This document shows, piece after piece, positions 39,064 through 47,709 of a stretch of DNA of 55,019 nt (position 1 is its first letter; each line of letters begins with the position of its first letter). The notes under the pieces are model-generated. The model saw only the letters and a program-made list of their open reading frames with translations, had not been told where the DNA came from and did not search any database. The position numbers and the translations under genes were made by a program. The DNA is from a virus (taxonomy: Duplodnaviria; Caudoviricetes): IMG/VR virus record IMGVR_UViG_3300028557_000047, positions 1 to 55,019 of that record; one strand, written 5' to 3'.

Positions 39064-39246
39064 CATCTAAAAAGAACGGTATCAAATAATGATGTGGTTA
39101 CAGTCAACTATTTGATATCTGTCACAGGTGAAAGTCCGGGCGGAGGAGGAACTCAAGTGCCTACCTTATGGACAGTGTCTAATGATTCGAATGCCAACAC
39201 CATACTATCTACATTTACACTTTCCGGGTCTCTAACTAATACATAA
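39064..39246 (+). pseudogene. Start-less, in-frame paralogous C-terminal segment following the stop of 38464..39063
   Basis: Reads HLKRTVSNNDVVTV...GGGG...WTVSNDSNANTILSTFTLSGSLTNT*, paralleling TVSNNDTLKV...GGG...FNITNDSSSNTSLDTFDVSS. Confidence 0.7.
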
Positions 39247-39290
39247 TAATAAGCTAGTGGCTCGCCAAGATAATCTCTAAAACAAATTGG

Positions 39291-39319
39291 TTGACTTTAT
39301 TGTCTTCCCATAGTACTAT
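39291..39319 (+). promoter_or_regulatory. sigma70-type promoter for gp45
   Basis: TTGACT-17 bp-TACTAT. Confidence 0.8.
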
Positions 39320-39347
39320 CAATAATCGTGAAACTAGGAGTTTAATA

Positions 39348-40001
39348 ATGAAATTTACACCATCTACTATCCAACTACTTAAGAACTTTGCGGCAATCAA
39401 TCCTTCAATTATCTTCAAAGAAGGTGATACCCTAAGTACTCTATCTCAGTCAAAGTCTGTTTTGGCAAAGGCTAAGCTAGATACTACCATCGTAAAGCAA
39501 TTTGCCATTTACGATCTATCTCGGTTCCTATCGACTCTGGCACTATTCAGCGATCCAGTAATCGAGATCAATGATACAAATATGACTATCAAGCAAGGTA
39601 CTCGTAAGATTAACTACGTCTTTGCCGACCCGTCGCTTATCATTGCGCCACCCGAAAAAGACCTAAAGCTGCCAGCCCCAGAGATTAAGTTCACGCTTAA
39701 TGAAACTGACTTTGCCGACCTAATGAAGGCGCAGTCTGTTCTAAGCCTGCCTGAAATCTCAATTACTGGCGACGGTGAAACCATCACCATCGGCTGTGTC
39801 GATAGTAAAAAGGGCGGCGATAGCTACAGCACTGCCGTTGGCAAGACAACTGATACCTTCCGAATGCTCATCCTTGCAGAGAACATCCGAATCCTGCCTG
39901 GCAATTATGAAGTTGAAGTCACTTCAAAGGGCCTTTCCAAGTTCACCGGTGCTCAGGCAGAGTACTGGATTGCAGTGGAATCCAACAGCACCTTCGGCTA
40001 A
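39348..40001 (+). CDS. gp45: Sliding clamp gp45
   Basis: LLKNFAAINPSI, FAIYDLSRFL, YWIAVE motifs; TAGGAG RBS. Confidence 0.94.
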   Translation: MKFTPSTIQLLKNFAAINPSIIFKEGDTLSTLSQSKSVLAKAKLDTTIVKQFAIYDLSRFLSTLALFSDPVIEINDTNMTIKQGTRKINYVFADPSLIIAPPEKDLKLPAPEIKFTLNETDFADLMKAQSVLSLPEISITGDGETITIGCVDSKKGGDSYSTAVGKTTDTFRMLILAENIRILPGNYEVEVTSKGLSKFTGAQAEYWIAVESNSTFG

Positions 40002-40020
40002 ACAATAGGACCTTTACATT

Positions 40021-40962
40021 ATGATAAAAGATGACTTCCTTTGGACCGAACTCTATCGGCCCAAGACAATTGAAGACACAATCCTATCCCCTGAGTATAA
40101 GAAAATGTTCCAGAAGTTTGTGGACCAGGGCAACATCCCTAACCTCATTCTCTCTGGAACAGCAGGGGTAGGCAAAACCACTGTAGCCAAAGCCATGCTA
40201 GAGCAACTTGGGTGCGATTACATCGTAATCAATGGTTCGCTCAATGCAGGTATTGACGTCCTTCGGCATGACATTCAACAGTTTGCATCGTCGGTCTCTA
40301 TGCTCGGCGGCCGCAAGTATGTTATTCTTGACGAGGCGGACTATCTATCTGCTGACAAAGTGCAACCGGCTCTGCGTAACTTCATTGAAGAATACTCAAA
40401 GAACTGTGGTTTCATTATGACCTGTAACTACAAGCACAGGATCATTGAGCCACTACACTCTCGGTGCACGGTCATCGACTTCAAGATCAAGAAGGAGGAC
40501 CTACCTTCTCTTGCAGGTCAGTTCCACAAACGTGCTATGCAAATCCTCAAGACTGAAAATGTTGAGGCTGACCCAGCCGCGGTTGCTGCTCTGATTAAGA
40601 TGCACCTACCCGACTGGCGCCGAGTACTAAATGAGCTTCAACGCTACAGTGCCTCTGGTAAGATTGACAGTGGTATTCTCACTTCACTTGATCCTCGGGC
40701 ATTCAAGGAACTCACCGGGTTCCTAAAGAACAAACAGTTCGGTGATGCTCGTCGGTGGCTTGTAGCCAATGCCGACACAGATACCGCTACTCTGTTTAGA
40801 GCGCTATATGATAACTGCTCTCAATACGTAGAACTTGGCTCGATTCCAGCGATGGTGATGGTTCTGGCAAAGTACCAATACCAAGCGGCTTTCGTTGCAG
40901 ATCATGAGATCAACCTTGCTGCGGCGCTGGTTGAACTTATGGTCGAATGTGAGTTCAAGTGA
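40021..40962 (+). CDS. gp44: Clamp loader large subunit gp44
   Basis: WTELYRP, GTAGVGKTT, DEADYL, SRC motifs. Confidence 0.95.
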   Translation: MIKDDFLWTELYRPKTIEDTILSPEYKKMFQKFVDQGNIPNLILSGTAGVGKTTVAKAMLEQLGCDYIVINGSLNAGIDVLRHDIQQFASSVSMLGGRKYVILDEADYLSADKVQPALRNFIEEYSKNCGFIMTCNYKHRIIEPLHSRCTVIDFKIKKEDLPSLAGQFHKRAMQILKTENVEADPAAVAALIKMHLPDWRRVLNELQRYSASGKIDSGILTSLDPRAFKELTGFLKNKQFGDARRWLVANADTDTATLFRALYDNCSQYVELGSIPAMVMVLAKYQYQAAFVADHEINLAAALVELMVECEFK

Positions 40963-41342
40963 CCACCGAGCCATGGCCCTGGCTGGCTAGCATTAACGGC
41001 AACAAGAAAGACCTGATGGTGGATGATATTGCAGAAAAGCAATATCCCGCCTGGGTAATCAACCGAGGTCTATCGTACTACCCTGATACAGTCATGCAAT
41101 CCAACTTTGTCAATATGCACCACCACCTAGACAATAGGATGGCGTATGACTATCTTATAAATAGCATAAGACCCAGGAAGCGTAATGAGAAGTGGGGTCA
41201 GAAGAATAAATCTGCTGATCTAGCTCTTATATGTGAATATTATGGTTGTGATCGCCGCAAAGGACTCACCGCTCTTTCTATTCTTACGCTCGACCAGATC
41301 GAAGCTATTAAGAAAAAGAACAATAAGGGTGGCGTAAAATGA
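40959..41342 (+). CDS. gp62: Clamp loader small subunit gp62
   Basis: INRGLSYYPDT and YDYLINSIRPRKR motifs; internal TATAAATA at 41156-41163. Confidence 0.92.
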   Translation: MTTEPWPWLASINGNKKDLMVDDIAEKQYPAWVINRGLSYYPDTVMQSNFVNMHHHLDNRMAYDYLINSIRPRKRNEKWGQKNKSADLALICEYYGCDRRKGLTALSILTLDQIEAIKKKNNKGGVK

Positions 41343-41743
41343 ACATTGTTGACAGGCTAGTGGAAATCCGACTTGGTGAACAAGACGACTTTCTTAAGGT
41401 AAGAGAAACTCTTACTAGGATCGGTGTGGCTTCTTCAAAAACAAAGACTATCTATCAGTCATGCCATATCCTGCACAAGCAGGGCCTTTATTACATTGTT
41501 CACTTCAAGGAGCTATTTGCTCTAGATGGCAAGCCTAGCAACATGACAAGCGACGACATAGGGCGCCGGAACACCATCATCTCATTGCTCGCCGACTGGG
41601 GCCTTATCAAAGTTGTGGGCATTGATAAGATCAAAGAACCAAGGTTGCCTCTGAACCTAATCAAGATTCTCCCGCACAAGGAAAAGGGTGACTGGGAGCT
41701 TGTGGCAAAATATAATATCGGTAGGCGCATTATTTCTGGATAA
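41339..41743 (+). CDS. regA: Translational repressor RegA
   Basis: DDFLKVRETLTRIGVAS and CHILHKQG.YYIVHFKELFALDG motifs. Confidence 0.97.
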   Translation: MNIVDRLVEIRLGEQDDFLKVRETLTRIGVASSKTKTIYQSCHILHKQGLYYIVHFKELFALDGKPSNMTSDDIGRRNTIISLLADWGLIKVVGIDKIKEPRLPLNLIKILPHKEKGDWELVAKYNIGRRIISG

Positions 41744-41748
41744 TTCGT

Positions 41749-41800
41749 TTGACTTTAATCTTGGTCCTGTTATTATGATAATAGGAAGTGAAAAGGAATA
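41749..41800 (+). promoter_or_regulatory. Repeated early promoter+RBS cassette, copy 1
   Basis: ttgactttaatcttggtcctgttattatgataataggaagtgaaaaggaata. Confidence 0.85.
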
Positions 41801-41805
41801 CCGAA

Positions 41806-42186
41806 ATGCTTACCCTCGCTCAAATCACCGATGACCGCGCCGCCATTTACTCGGACCTGTATAAGGACGTGTACGGCTCACGGCCGCGGAACGTTGTTTT
41901 TGCTTCGCGAGAGGCATTCAATGAGGAATGGGATTACCTCGAGGGCGCTCTGGAGCGCAACATGGAGCGCGAAGCCCAAGAACAAGCTCTGGCCATGGAG
42001 CAATTTGTCACCGCCGTAAACATTGTGCGCGGTACCATGCGGTGCGGTCTTCAGAAGGCAATTGATACCCTTATTGAGGCCGATGCCGCACTTGACGTGG
42101 ACTTCTACGGGTATGAGGAGGTGGAATACGCCTACGGTCTCAAATATGGCTCCATTAAGAAAATGCTAGACGAGGACAAAAGCTAA
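41806..42186 (+). CDS. Early hypothetical protein
   Basis: YSDLYKDVYGSRPR motif; ATG after the cassette RBS. Confidence 0.7.
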   Translation: MLTLAQITDDRAAIYSDLYKDVYGSRPRNVVFASREAFNEEWDYLEGALERNMEREAQEQALAMEQFVTAVNIVRGTMRCGLQKAIDTLIEADAALDVDFYGYEEVEYAYGLKYGSIKKMLDEDKS

Positions 42187-42428
42187 CCTCGAGTAGCTGG
42201 TTACACATTTACTACCTGCCGGTATTTGATGTGTGGGTTAAAATCATATCCATGATTGGTGAGGAGCGGTAGGGGGCGACTTCACAACTTTATTATTATG
42301 AGAGAGAAAAGGAAGCACTGAGAGATGTAACAACTTGCTGTGGTCTTTCAGCGGATGTGCTAAACTAGTGGTTGACTTTATATCAGAGATGTACTATATT
42401 ATATAATGATCTTGTGGAGAATATGGAC

Positions 42429-42632
42429 ATGACCGAAGTAAAGCATTTTGACCTCCCCACTATGGCAAAAGATGGCCCGGTGGTGGTTGAGAATAAATAT
42501 TGCGAAATCCTGAACCTACGACGGAACGGCAGCGAAGTGCCTAATGAAGTACTTGACTGGATGGACGCAGCTAACACATGGCTAATCACAGCCGACAACT
42601 TTCAACAAAAGGTATACGATGCTAATCTTTGA
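42429..42632 (+). CDS. Small hypothetical protein
   Basis: GGAGA RBS; TTGACT at 42372 upstream. Confidence 0.55.
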   Translation: MTEVKHFDLPTMAKDGPVVVENKYCEILNLRRNGSEVPNEVLDWMDAANTWLITADNFQQKVYDANL

Positions 42633-43446
42633 ACCTACCGTCACAGTAGTGGGTAAATCCCAGTTTGATTTTGAGGGACTTGAGTCCTGGGCCATTCAGA
42701 ATGGCTATGGTGACTTGGACGAAACGACACCATTTGGTAACATTATGGAGTCAGAAAGCTATCCAGCACCAGAACTCATCTCTGAGTTTGCTGGGCGATT
42801 CTGTTACAACAGCTTCTCTAAGGGCCGCCCGTCTGACGAGTATCTAGCCAACGTGATCGAGATGCGGCATGGGTCGGTGCTAGAACACGTTAACTTTACC
42901 TTTGCTATTTCTGGTGTGTCGAGAGCTCTGACGCACGAACTTATCCGACACCGAGCTGGCTTTGCTGTAAGTCAAGAGTCACAGCGCTACGTTGACGCCA
43001 AGGACATCAAGTTCGTGGTGCCGCCTCTGCTTCTGTGGCAGTGTTCTTTCAATAAAGACCACCCAAGAATCAAACGGTTTGAAGCCTCATGCGCCAGAGC
43101 ACTTGAGGACTATAAGCTCGAGCAGGCGGACTATGTTGCCGCGCTCAATGAGGTTGATGATATCAAGGAAAAGACGGTAATCAAGAAGCGTGCAAACGAA
43201 GCGGCTAGGTCCGTTCTTCCAAACTCATGTGAGACAAAGCTTGTATGGACTGGAAACATGCGAGCTCTAAGACATGTTCTAGAACTTCGTGGTGATAGTC
43301 ATGCAGACCTTGAGATTCGCCGCCTGGCCGCAGAACTTGCCTATCTCATGCTACTAGAAGCTCCGTATACATTCAATGATATTACCATTCATCCCGATGG
43401 CGACTTTGGTGTTCCGATTACAACTGTAAAAGCAACGAAAGTATAA
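42619..43446 (+). CDS. thyX: Flavin-dependent thymidylate synthase
   Basis: HGSVLEH, SRALTHELIRHR...SQESQRY, EAARSVLPN, HADLEIR motifs. Confidence 0.95.
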   Translation: MLIFEPTVTVVGKSQFDFEGLESWAIQNGYGDLDETTPFGNIMESESYPAPELISEFAGRFCYNSFSKGRPSDEYLANVIEMRHGSVLEHVNFTFAISGVSRALTHELIRHRAGFAVSQESQRYVDAKDIKFVVPPLLLWQCSFNKDHPRIKRFEASCARALEDYKLEQADYVAALNEVDDIKEKTVIKKRANEAARSVLPNSCETKLVWTGNMRALRHVLELRGDSHADLEIRRLAAELAYLMLLEAPYTFNDITIHPDGDFGVPITTVKATKV

Positions 43447-43447
43447 T

Positions 43448-43957
43448 ATGACTATGAACACACTTAAATACGCTACAAATGACGTTATCGGCTTTCATCT
43501 AGCATTCAATCATCCAGCTCCACTCACCCCTACCATGCTAACTAGAGAACGCGCAGCGCAGCGTGCTAGTTGGTGTGAGGAGGAAGCTCAAGAACTACGT
43601 GATGCCACTACTCTTGTAGAACAAGCTGATGCGGCTATTGACGGGCTTTATTTTAATATCGGAATCCTTGTAGAGCTTGGACTAGACCCAGGCCCGCTGT
43701 GGGATATTGTCCATACAGCCAATATGAAAAAGTTACATCTAATCGATGGTGTCTACAAAGTGGTATACTATCCTGAAGGGCACCCAAAAGCCGGCAAAGT
43801 TATGAAGCCCGCGAACTGGGCCGACCCAGGCCCAGAGCTTCAGACCGAGATTGATGGGCAAATTCGGCGTGCCGCAGCAATGGAAGAACTTGAAAAGATT
43901 GCTGAATACCAGGACAAACTCGAGGCTCTAAAATGGGTGGCGCAAAATAGCGGTTGA
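43448..43957 (+). CDS. MazG/PRA-PH-like NTP pyrophosphohydrolase
   Basis: EEAQEL, EQADAAID, VHTANMKK, GKVMKP motifs. Confidence 0.75.
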   Translation: MTMNTLKYATNDVIGFHLAFNHPAPLTPTMLTRERAAQRASWCEEEAQELRDATTLVEQADAAIDGLYFNIGILVELGLDPGPLWDIVHTANMKKLHLIDGVYKVVYYPEGHPKAGKVMKPANWADPGPELQTEIDGQIRRAAAMEELEKIAEYQDKLEALKWVAQNSG

Positions 43958-44005
43958 CTTTAATTAGAGTCCTGTTACTATGATAATAGGAAGTGAAAGG
44001 GAATA
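43954..44005 (+). promoter_or_regulatory. Promoter cassette copy 2
   Basis: ttgactttaattagagtcctgttactatgataataggaagtgaaagggaata. Confidence 0.88.
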
Positions 44006-44009
44006 CATT

Positions 44010-44213
44010 ATGATTGATCGTCACGATTTTATAGACCACCGTCTTGAAGCCGCTAAGGCCACCGGAGACCGCTATGCCCGAGAACGGTCTTGGTGCATTA
44101 TCCCTGAAGCGGAAAAGACTCCTATTTCCGTTCGGGTAGTTCTTGGTTGCGTCATTGCTGCCACCGTTCTATTCGTTGCTGTGCCCGTCATTGTTAGAGC
44201 TCTATTGTCGTAA
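44010..44213 (+). CDS. Small protein with C-terminal transmembrane segment
   Basis: VVLGCVIAATVLFVAVPVIV hydrophobic stretch. Confidence 0.6.
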   Translation: MIDRHDFIDHRLEAAKATGDRYARERSWCIIPEAEKTPISVRVVLGCVIAATVLFVAVPVIVRALLS

Positions 44214-44219
44214 ACCCGT

Positions 44220-44270
44220 TTGACATTAATTAGAGTCCTGTTACTATGATAATAGGAAGTGAAAGGGAAT
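44220..44270 (+). promoter_or_regulatory. Promoter cassette copy 3
   Basis: ttgacattaattagagtcctgttactatgataataggaagtgaaagggaat. Confidence 0.88.
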
Positions 44271-44274
44271 CAAA

Positions 44275-44490
44275 ATGCTACCCGAAATTGGTGATCATGT
44301 CTCGTGGGTCTCAGAGAAAGGCCTGCGCTGCGGCACCGTCTGCAATCTCTACCCAAAGGCAGGAACCGTTCTCGTAAAACACTCAAAGGACGGTGATTTT
44401 TACATCAAAGACACATTGGCGAACCTCCGTATGATCGATTTTTCGGTTGATCGTCGCGGCGGCAGAGGCGCAATGGCTCTTGCTGTATGA
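44275..44490 (+). CDS. Small early hypothetical protein (SH3/KOW-like suspected)
   Basis: IGDHVSW...GTV; follows a cassette. Confidence 0.6.
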   Translation: MLPEIGDHVSWVSEKGLRCGTVCNLYPKAGTVLVKHSKDGDFYIKDTLANLRMIDFSVDRRGGRGAMALAV

Positions 44491-44494
44491 TTTT

Positions 44495-44570
44495 AGGCGC
44501 GTAGCTCAATGGTTAGAGCCGACCGCTCATAACGGTCTGGTTGCAGGTTCGAGACCTGCCGCGCCTACCA
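44495..44570 (+). tRNA. tRNA with CAU anticodon, most likely tRNA-Ile2 (alternatively Met)
   Basis: Acceptor aggcgcg/cgcgcct; anticodon arm gaccg-ctCATaa-cggtc; T arm gcagg-ttcgaga-cctgc; encoded CCA. Confidence 0.92.
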
Positions 44571-44619
44571 AATTTTCATATAAATACGCGATCATGCTTA
44601 GCACACAGGAAATAGCAGA

Positions 44620-45627
44620 GTGAAAACTTTTAATCAATTCGTGGCAGAATCTTACGTTCGAATGACGACTCTTCGAGAAATTGTCGCTGCAATCGCCGTT
44701 CATAAAAAGGCTGGTGAGATTGTAAATCCTGTCTATCAGGACCTCAGCTCTCAAGCTCGTCGTGTCTTTGGCAAAGAAGCCGAGATCGGCCGTGACTTGA
44801 TCCTTAAAGTCATGCATGCTGGTGGCGGCGCACAGAATCGTGACGCTGATATTTCAGATCTTTATTATGCATGGCCACATGACTCATTCCAGGGCCTAGG
44901 CAAGTTTGAAAAGATTCTGCTCAAGGTCGAGAAGATGAAGAAGCAAAATATGGCTCCGGTCATTAAGGCTGGAAAGGACATTCTTGCTAACTGGAAACCT
45001 GTTGCCGAAGACCTTAAAATGCTCAAAGGCAAGGTGGTTAAGATCACTGCTAAACGAGCTCAAGCTAAACAGGCGGCTGCTAAAGAAATGGGCGCAAAAT
45101 TCAATGACTCATCTTCGCTTATCAAGGTGCTGGAAAGCCACCTCGGTGAGTATAAAGCTATGGCTAAACAGCGTGCCGAAGAGTTTATCGAGAATAAACT
45201 CGATTACCTTAGTAAACATGACTGGATTCTAAACAAAGCGGCGCCCTACCCTAGTGGATACGGTGCCGACTACAAGCGGGTGCAGAATATGCGGTCACTG
45301 TATAATTCCATCACCAAGTCAAAGTTTACCAGCCGCCCGGTTGGCGAGCCTGACATTCTTGCGCCCGATCAGCAGAAAATTGATCGCTATGTTAAAAATA
45401 GTGTTGATGGTGCCGAAGCAAGCTATCGTGAGTTCATGGCAAAGATGATCACGAAGATTGGCAAACCAGTTATTGATGCTAAGATGCTTGGCAATATTTG
45501 GACCAATGCGGTGCTAACTGTCACCACAAACGACGGTGAAGAGCAAGTCTGGAACACGAAGATGATCCTGAACTTCTCGAAATACGGCCGGCAATTTAAT
45601 CAGTTTCCATCCCGCCGAAAGAGTTGA
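44620..45627 (+). CDS. Putative internal head protein with capsid-targeting-like N-terminus
   Basis: MKTFNQFVAE resembles the T4 CTS MKTYQEFIAE; late promoter TATAAATA at 44579-44586. Confidence 0.65.
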   Translation: MKTFNQFVAESYVRMTTLREIVAAIAVHKKAGEIVNPVYQDLSSQARRVFGKEAEIGRDLILKVMHAGGGAQNRDADISDLYYAWPHDSFQGLGKFEKILLKVEKMKKQNMAPVIKAGKDILANWKPVAEDLKMLKGKVVKITAKRAQAKQAAAKEMGAKFNDSSSLIKVLESHLGEYKAMAKQRAEEFIENKLDYLSKHDWILNKAAPYPSGYGADYKRVQNMRSLYNSITKSKFTSRPVGEPDILAPDQQKIDRYVKNSVDGAEASYREFMAKMITKIGKPVIDAKMLGNIWTNAVLTVTTNDGEEQVWNTKMILNFSKYGRQFNQFPSRRKS

Positions 45628-45648
45628 AAAAACTTTTAGGAGTACGAC

Positions 45649-45777
45649 ATGACAAATATAACACATAAAATGTTTACCGCAAACATGGGTGGGACTGCTG
45701 CGGCAAATTACATCGGCATCACAGTCTTCACCTTATCCGAGACCTGCGGTTCCAAGTGCGGTTCTTACTGTAACTAA
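45649..45777 (+). CDS. 42-aa small ORF with Cys-rich C-terminus (not in ORF track)
   Basis: TAGGAG RBS; MTNITHKMF...ETCGSKCGSYCN. Confidence 0.4.
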   Translation: MTNITHKMFTANMGGTAAANYIGITVFTLSETCGSKCGSYCN

Positions 45778-45795
45778 AATCTAAGGCTTAATATT

Positions 45796-46335
45796 TTGAA
45801 TATCTTTTATGTACATGAAAATCCAGTTATAGCAGCTCAAAGTCTCGTTGATAAACACGTTGTGAAAATGGTTCTAGAAACTGCGCAGTTACTATCGACC
45901 GCGCACAGGGTCATTGACGGCGTTATGTCGGTTGATGCATCGTCTGGGCGTAAGAAGAAAGTATGGAAACTACCAGACGACCGAGACGATATTCTGTATA
46001 GCGCTACTCATATTAATCACCCAAGTGCCGTATGGGCTCGACAATCAATCTCAAACTACAACTGGCTGGTTGAGCATTTGTTTGCCCTTGGTGATGAGTA
46101 CACATACCGCTATGGCAAAAAGCATCTGACTATGACTAAGCTAGGGTATGAGCTTCAGTCCCCGCCATTTAAGTTAAAAGAGTATGACTGGACTAAAATG
46201 CCTTCTTGTATGCCAGACTGCTACAAGACGTCGGATAACCCCGTTATCAACTATCGGAACTACTACCGAGGCGACAAAGCCCGTATGCATGCCTGGAAAA
46301 AACGAGATATCCCAGATTGGATTAAAACCGTTTGA
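45796..46335 (+). CDS. Pyrimidine-dimer DNA glycosylase (DenV-like family)
   Basis: MNIF, DKHVVKMVLETAQLLSTAH, THINHPSAVWAR, EYTYRYGKKH motifs. Confidence 0.8.
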   Translation: MNIFYVHENPVIAAQSLVDKHVVKMVLETAQLLSTAHRVIDGVMSVDASSGRKKKVWKLPDDRDDILYSATHINHPSAVWARQSISNYNWLVEHLFALGDEYTYRYGKKHLTMTKLGYELQSPPFKLKEYDWTKMPSCMPDCYKTSDNPVINYRNYYRGDKARMHAWKKRDIPDWIKTV

Positions 46336-46383
46336 CTTTAATTAAGTTCCTGTTACTATGATAATAGGAAGTGAAATGGATAT
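46332..46383 (+). promoter_or_regulatory. Promoter cassette copy 4
   Basis: ttgactttaattaagttcctgttactatgataataggaagtgaaatggata. Confidence 0.88.
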
Positions 46384-46389
46384 ACATAC

Positions 46390-46995
46390 GTGACTAAGAT
46401 TAATAAGTCTAATTTTGTCCCGATGGATGAACGCCCGCGATGCTCTGAAGAAGGTTGTAACAATGCCGCGCAGAAAAATGGTAAATACTATGCCAAGCAA
46501 TGTTGGTCTTGCGGAAAAGGCCGGTTGGCCAAAAATAGGGTTATTCCCCCAATACACGAACGCCCATTTTGCAAAGTAGAAGGATGCACCGACCGCGTGA
46601 CAACTGCGACCGGGTGCAGAAAAGATGGTACTGCATATCTCAGAAAGAAATGTTGGCAGCACATCCAGTATGATCTTGCAATAAAGCGCGGATTTAATTC
46701 TATAACAGAGTTGGTAAATAGTCGGAGTCCCTACCGTAAGCACCGAAAAACATATTGTGAGAATATTGACGGCAGACTTGGGTTCGTTTGCACCACAACC
46801 ATCTTAGATGAGGCCCAAGGCGCCCAGCTCGATGTAGATCATCGGGACGGTAACAAAAAAAATAACAATGATGAGAATCTTCAGACTCTTTGTGCGTCAT
46901 GTCATCGTTATAAAACTTGGAAAGAGAAAGATACGAGATCGGCAAAGCGCAAGGACTATAAACGCATGCATGGCATCGTGGCTGAAGCACTTTAA
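46390..46995 (+). CDS. HNH endonuclease with Cys-rich N-terminal repeats
   Basis: LDVDHRDGNKKNNNDENLQTLCASCHRYKT; ERPxCxxEGC occurs twice. Confidence 0.85.
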   Translation: MTKINKSNFVPMDERPRCSEEGCNNAAQKNGKYYAKQCWSCGKGRLAKNRVIPPIHERPFCKVEGCTDRVTTATGCRKDGTAYLRKKCWQHIQYDLAIKRGFNSITELVNSRSPYRKHRKTYCENIDGRLGFVCTTTILDEAQGAQLDVDHRDGNKKNNNDENLQTLCASCHRYKTWKEKDTRSAKRKDYKRMHGIVAEAL

Positions 46996-47021
46996 CACAA
47001 ACTCAAGGCGAATAGTTCAAA

Positions 47022-47261
47022 ATGATTAACCTAAACACCAAGCAATTTTCTAAGCACGAAGCTACGATGAAAGAGCTCGGGCTCACTGAACTACCACAGC
47101 ATATCAACATGCGGGTGGATCAGCTCAATCGGGCGCTCATGTACGAACTCACTAGCGAAGTGCTAGACGAGACCGATGAAACTCTAGTCATGGCTGTATA
47201 CGAATGTATGGCACGGCATTGCTCTATGTCCAATGTCAAGTACTACGTGTTCCCAGACTAA
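47022..47261 (+). CDS. Hypothetical protein
   Basis: ORF in operon orientation. Confidence 0.55.
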   Translation: MINLNTKQFSKHEATMKELGLTELPQHINMRVDQLNRALMYELTSEVLDETDETLVMAVYECMARHCSMSNVKYYVFPD

Positions 47262-47264
47262 TCC

Positions 47265-47303
47265 GTCTCCTTAGCTCAGCTGGATAGAGCAACAGACTAA
47301 GTT
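47265..47303 (+). pseudogene. Truncated 5' half of a tRNA (Arg-UCU-like)
   Basis: gtctccttagctcagctggatagagcaacagac gives acceptor 5' strand plus intact D arm; no T arm or 3' acceptor strand follows. Confidence 0.7.
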
Positions 47304-47329
47304 TATGTTTTTCATAAATAAAGTTAAAT

Positions 47330-47404
47330 GCAGCTATGGTGAAAAGGATATCACAGGAGCCTTCTAAGCTCTTATTCCAGGTTCGAATCCTGGTAGCCGC
47401 GCCA
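47330..47404 (+). tRNA. tRNA-Arg(UCU)
   Basis: Acceptor gcagcta/tagccgc (one mismatch); anticodon arm ggagc-ctTCTaa-gctct; ccagg-ttcgaat-cctgg; CCA. Confidence 0.88.
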
Positions 47405-47412
47405 TTTTTTGT

Positions 47413-47463
47413 TTGACTTTAATTAGAGTCCTGTTAGTATGATAATAGGGATTGAAAAGGAAG
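47413..47463 (+). promoter_or_regulatory. Promoter cassette copy 5
   Basis: ttgactttaattagagtcctgttagtatgataatagggattgaaaaggaag. Confidence 0.85.
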
Positions 47464-47467
47464 AAAT

Positions 47468-47653
47468 ATGACCACCACAAGTAAAGCGCTCACCTATCAG
47501 GAACTACTGTTTCTGTTGGCTGAGTACCAAGCATTCATGAACGCTGAGGTTAAGGATGTTGACCCTGACGGCTTCAGGACTTGGATGACTTCGTGCATTG
47601 AACTTGAGGATAGAGTTACTGCAGCCATTTCGGCGGTAGAGAATAACGTATGA
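47468..47653 (+). CDS. Small early hypothetical protein
   Basis: Follows the cassette RBS. Confidence 0.6.
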   Translation: MTTTSKALTYQELLFLLAEYQAFMNAEVKDVDPDGFRTWMTSCIELEDRVTAAISAVENNV

Positions 47654-47709
47654 CCGCCGCAATTATTATCGTCGGGCCCTGGATGGCCATCACATAGAAA
47701 GGCTGTATA

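Noticed and set aside
38464-39246. Diversity-generating retroelement VR/TR pair
   Set aside because: The two segments differ at all base types and by indels, not only at adenines, and no reverse transcriptase is in the window.
42187-42371. Possible ncRNA or TAG-interrupted gene in the gap after ORF 41806
   Set aside because: No convincing stem, start signal or recognisable motif by eye; may be a decayed gene but cannot be supported.
44527-44817. Minus-strand ORF ending LVGAAGLEPATRPL
   Set aside because: Classic translation of a tRNA antisense strand, not a gene.
47330-47404. Amber suppressor tRNA (CUA) or genome-wide TAG recoding
   Set aside because: The 7-nt loop CTTCTAA centres on TCT (Arg), and core genes such as gp13, gp17, uvsY and gp43 end at TAG at expected lengths.
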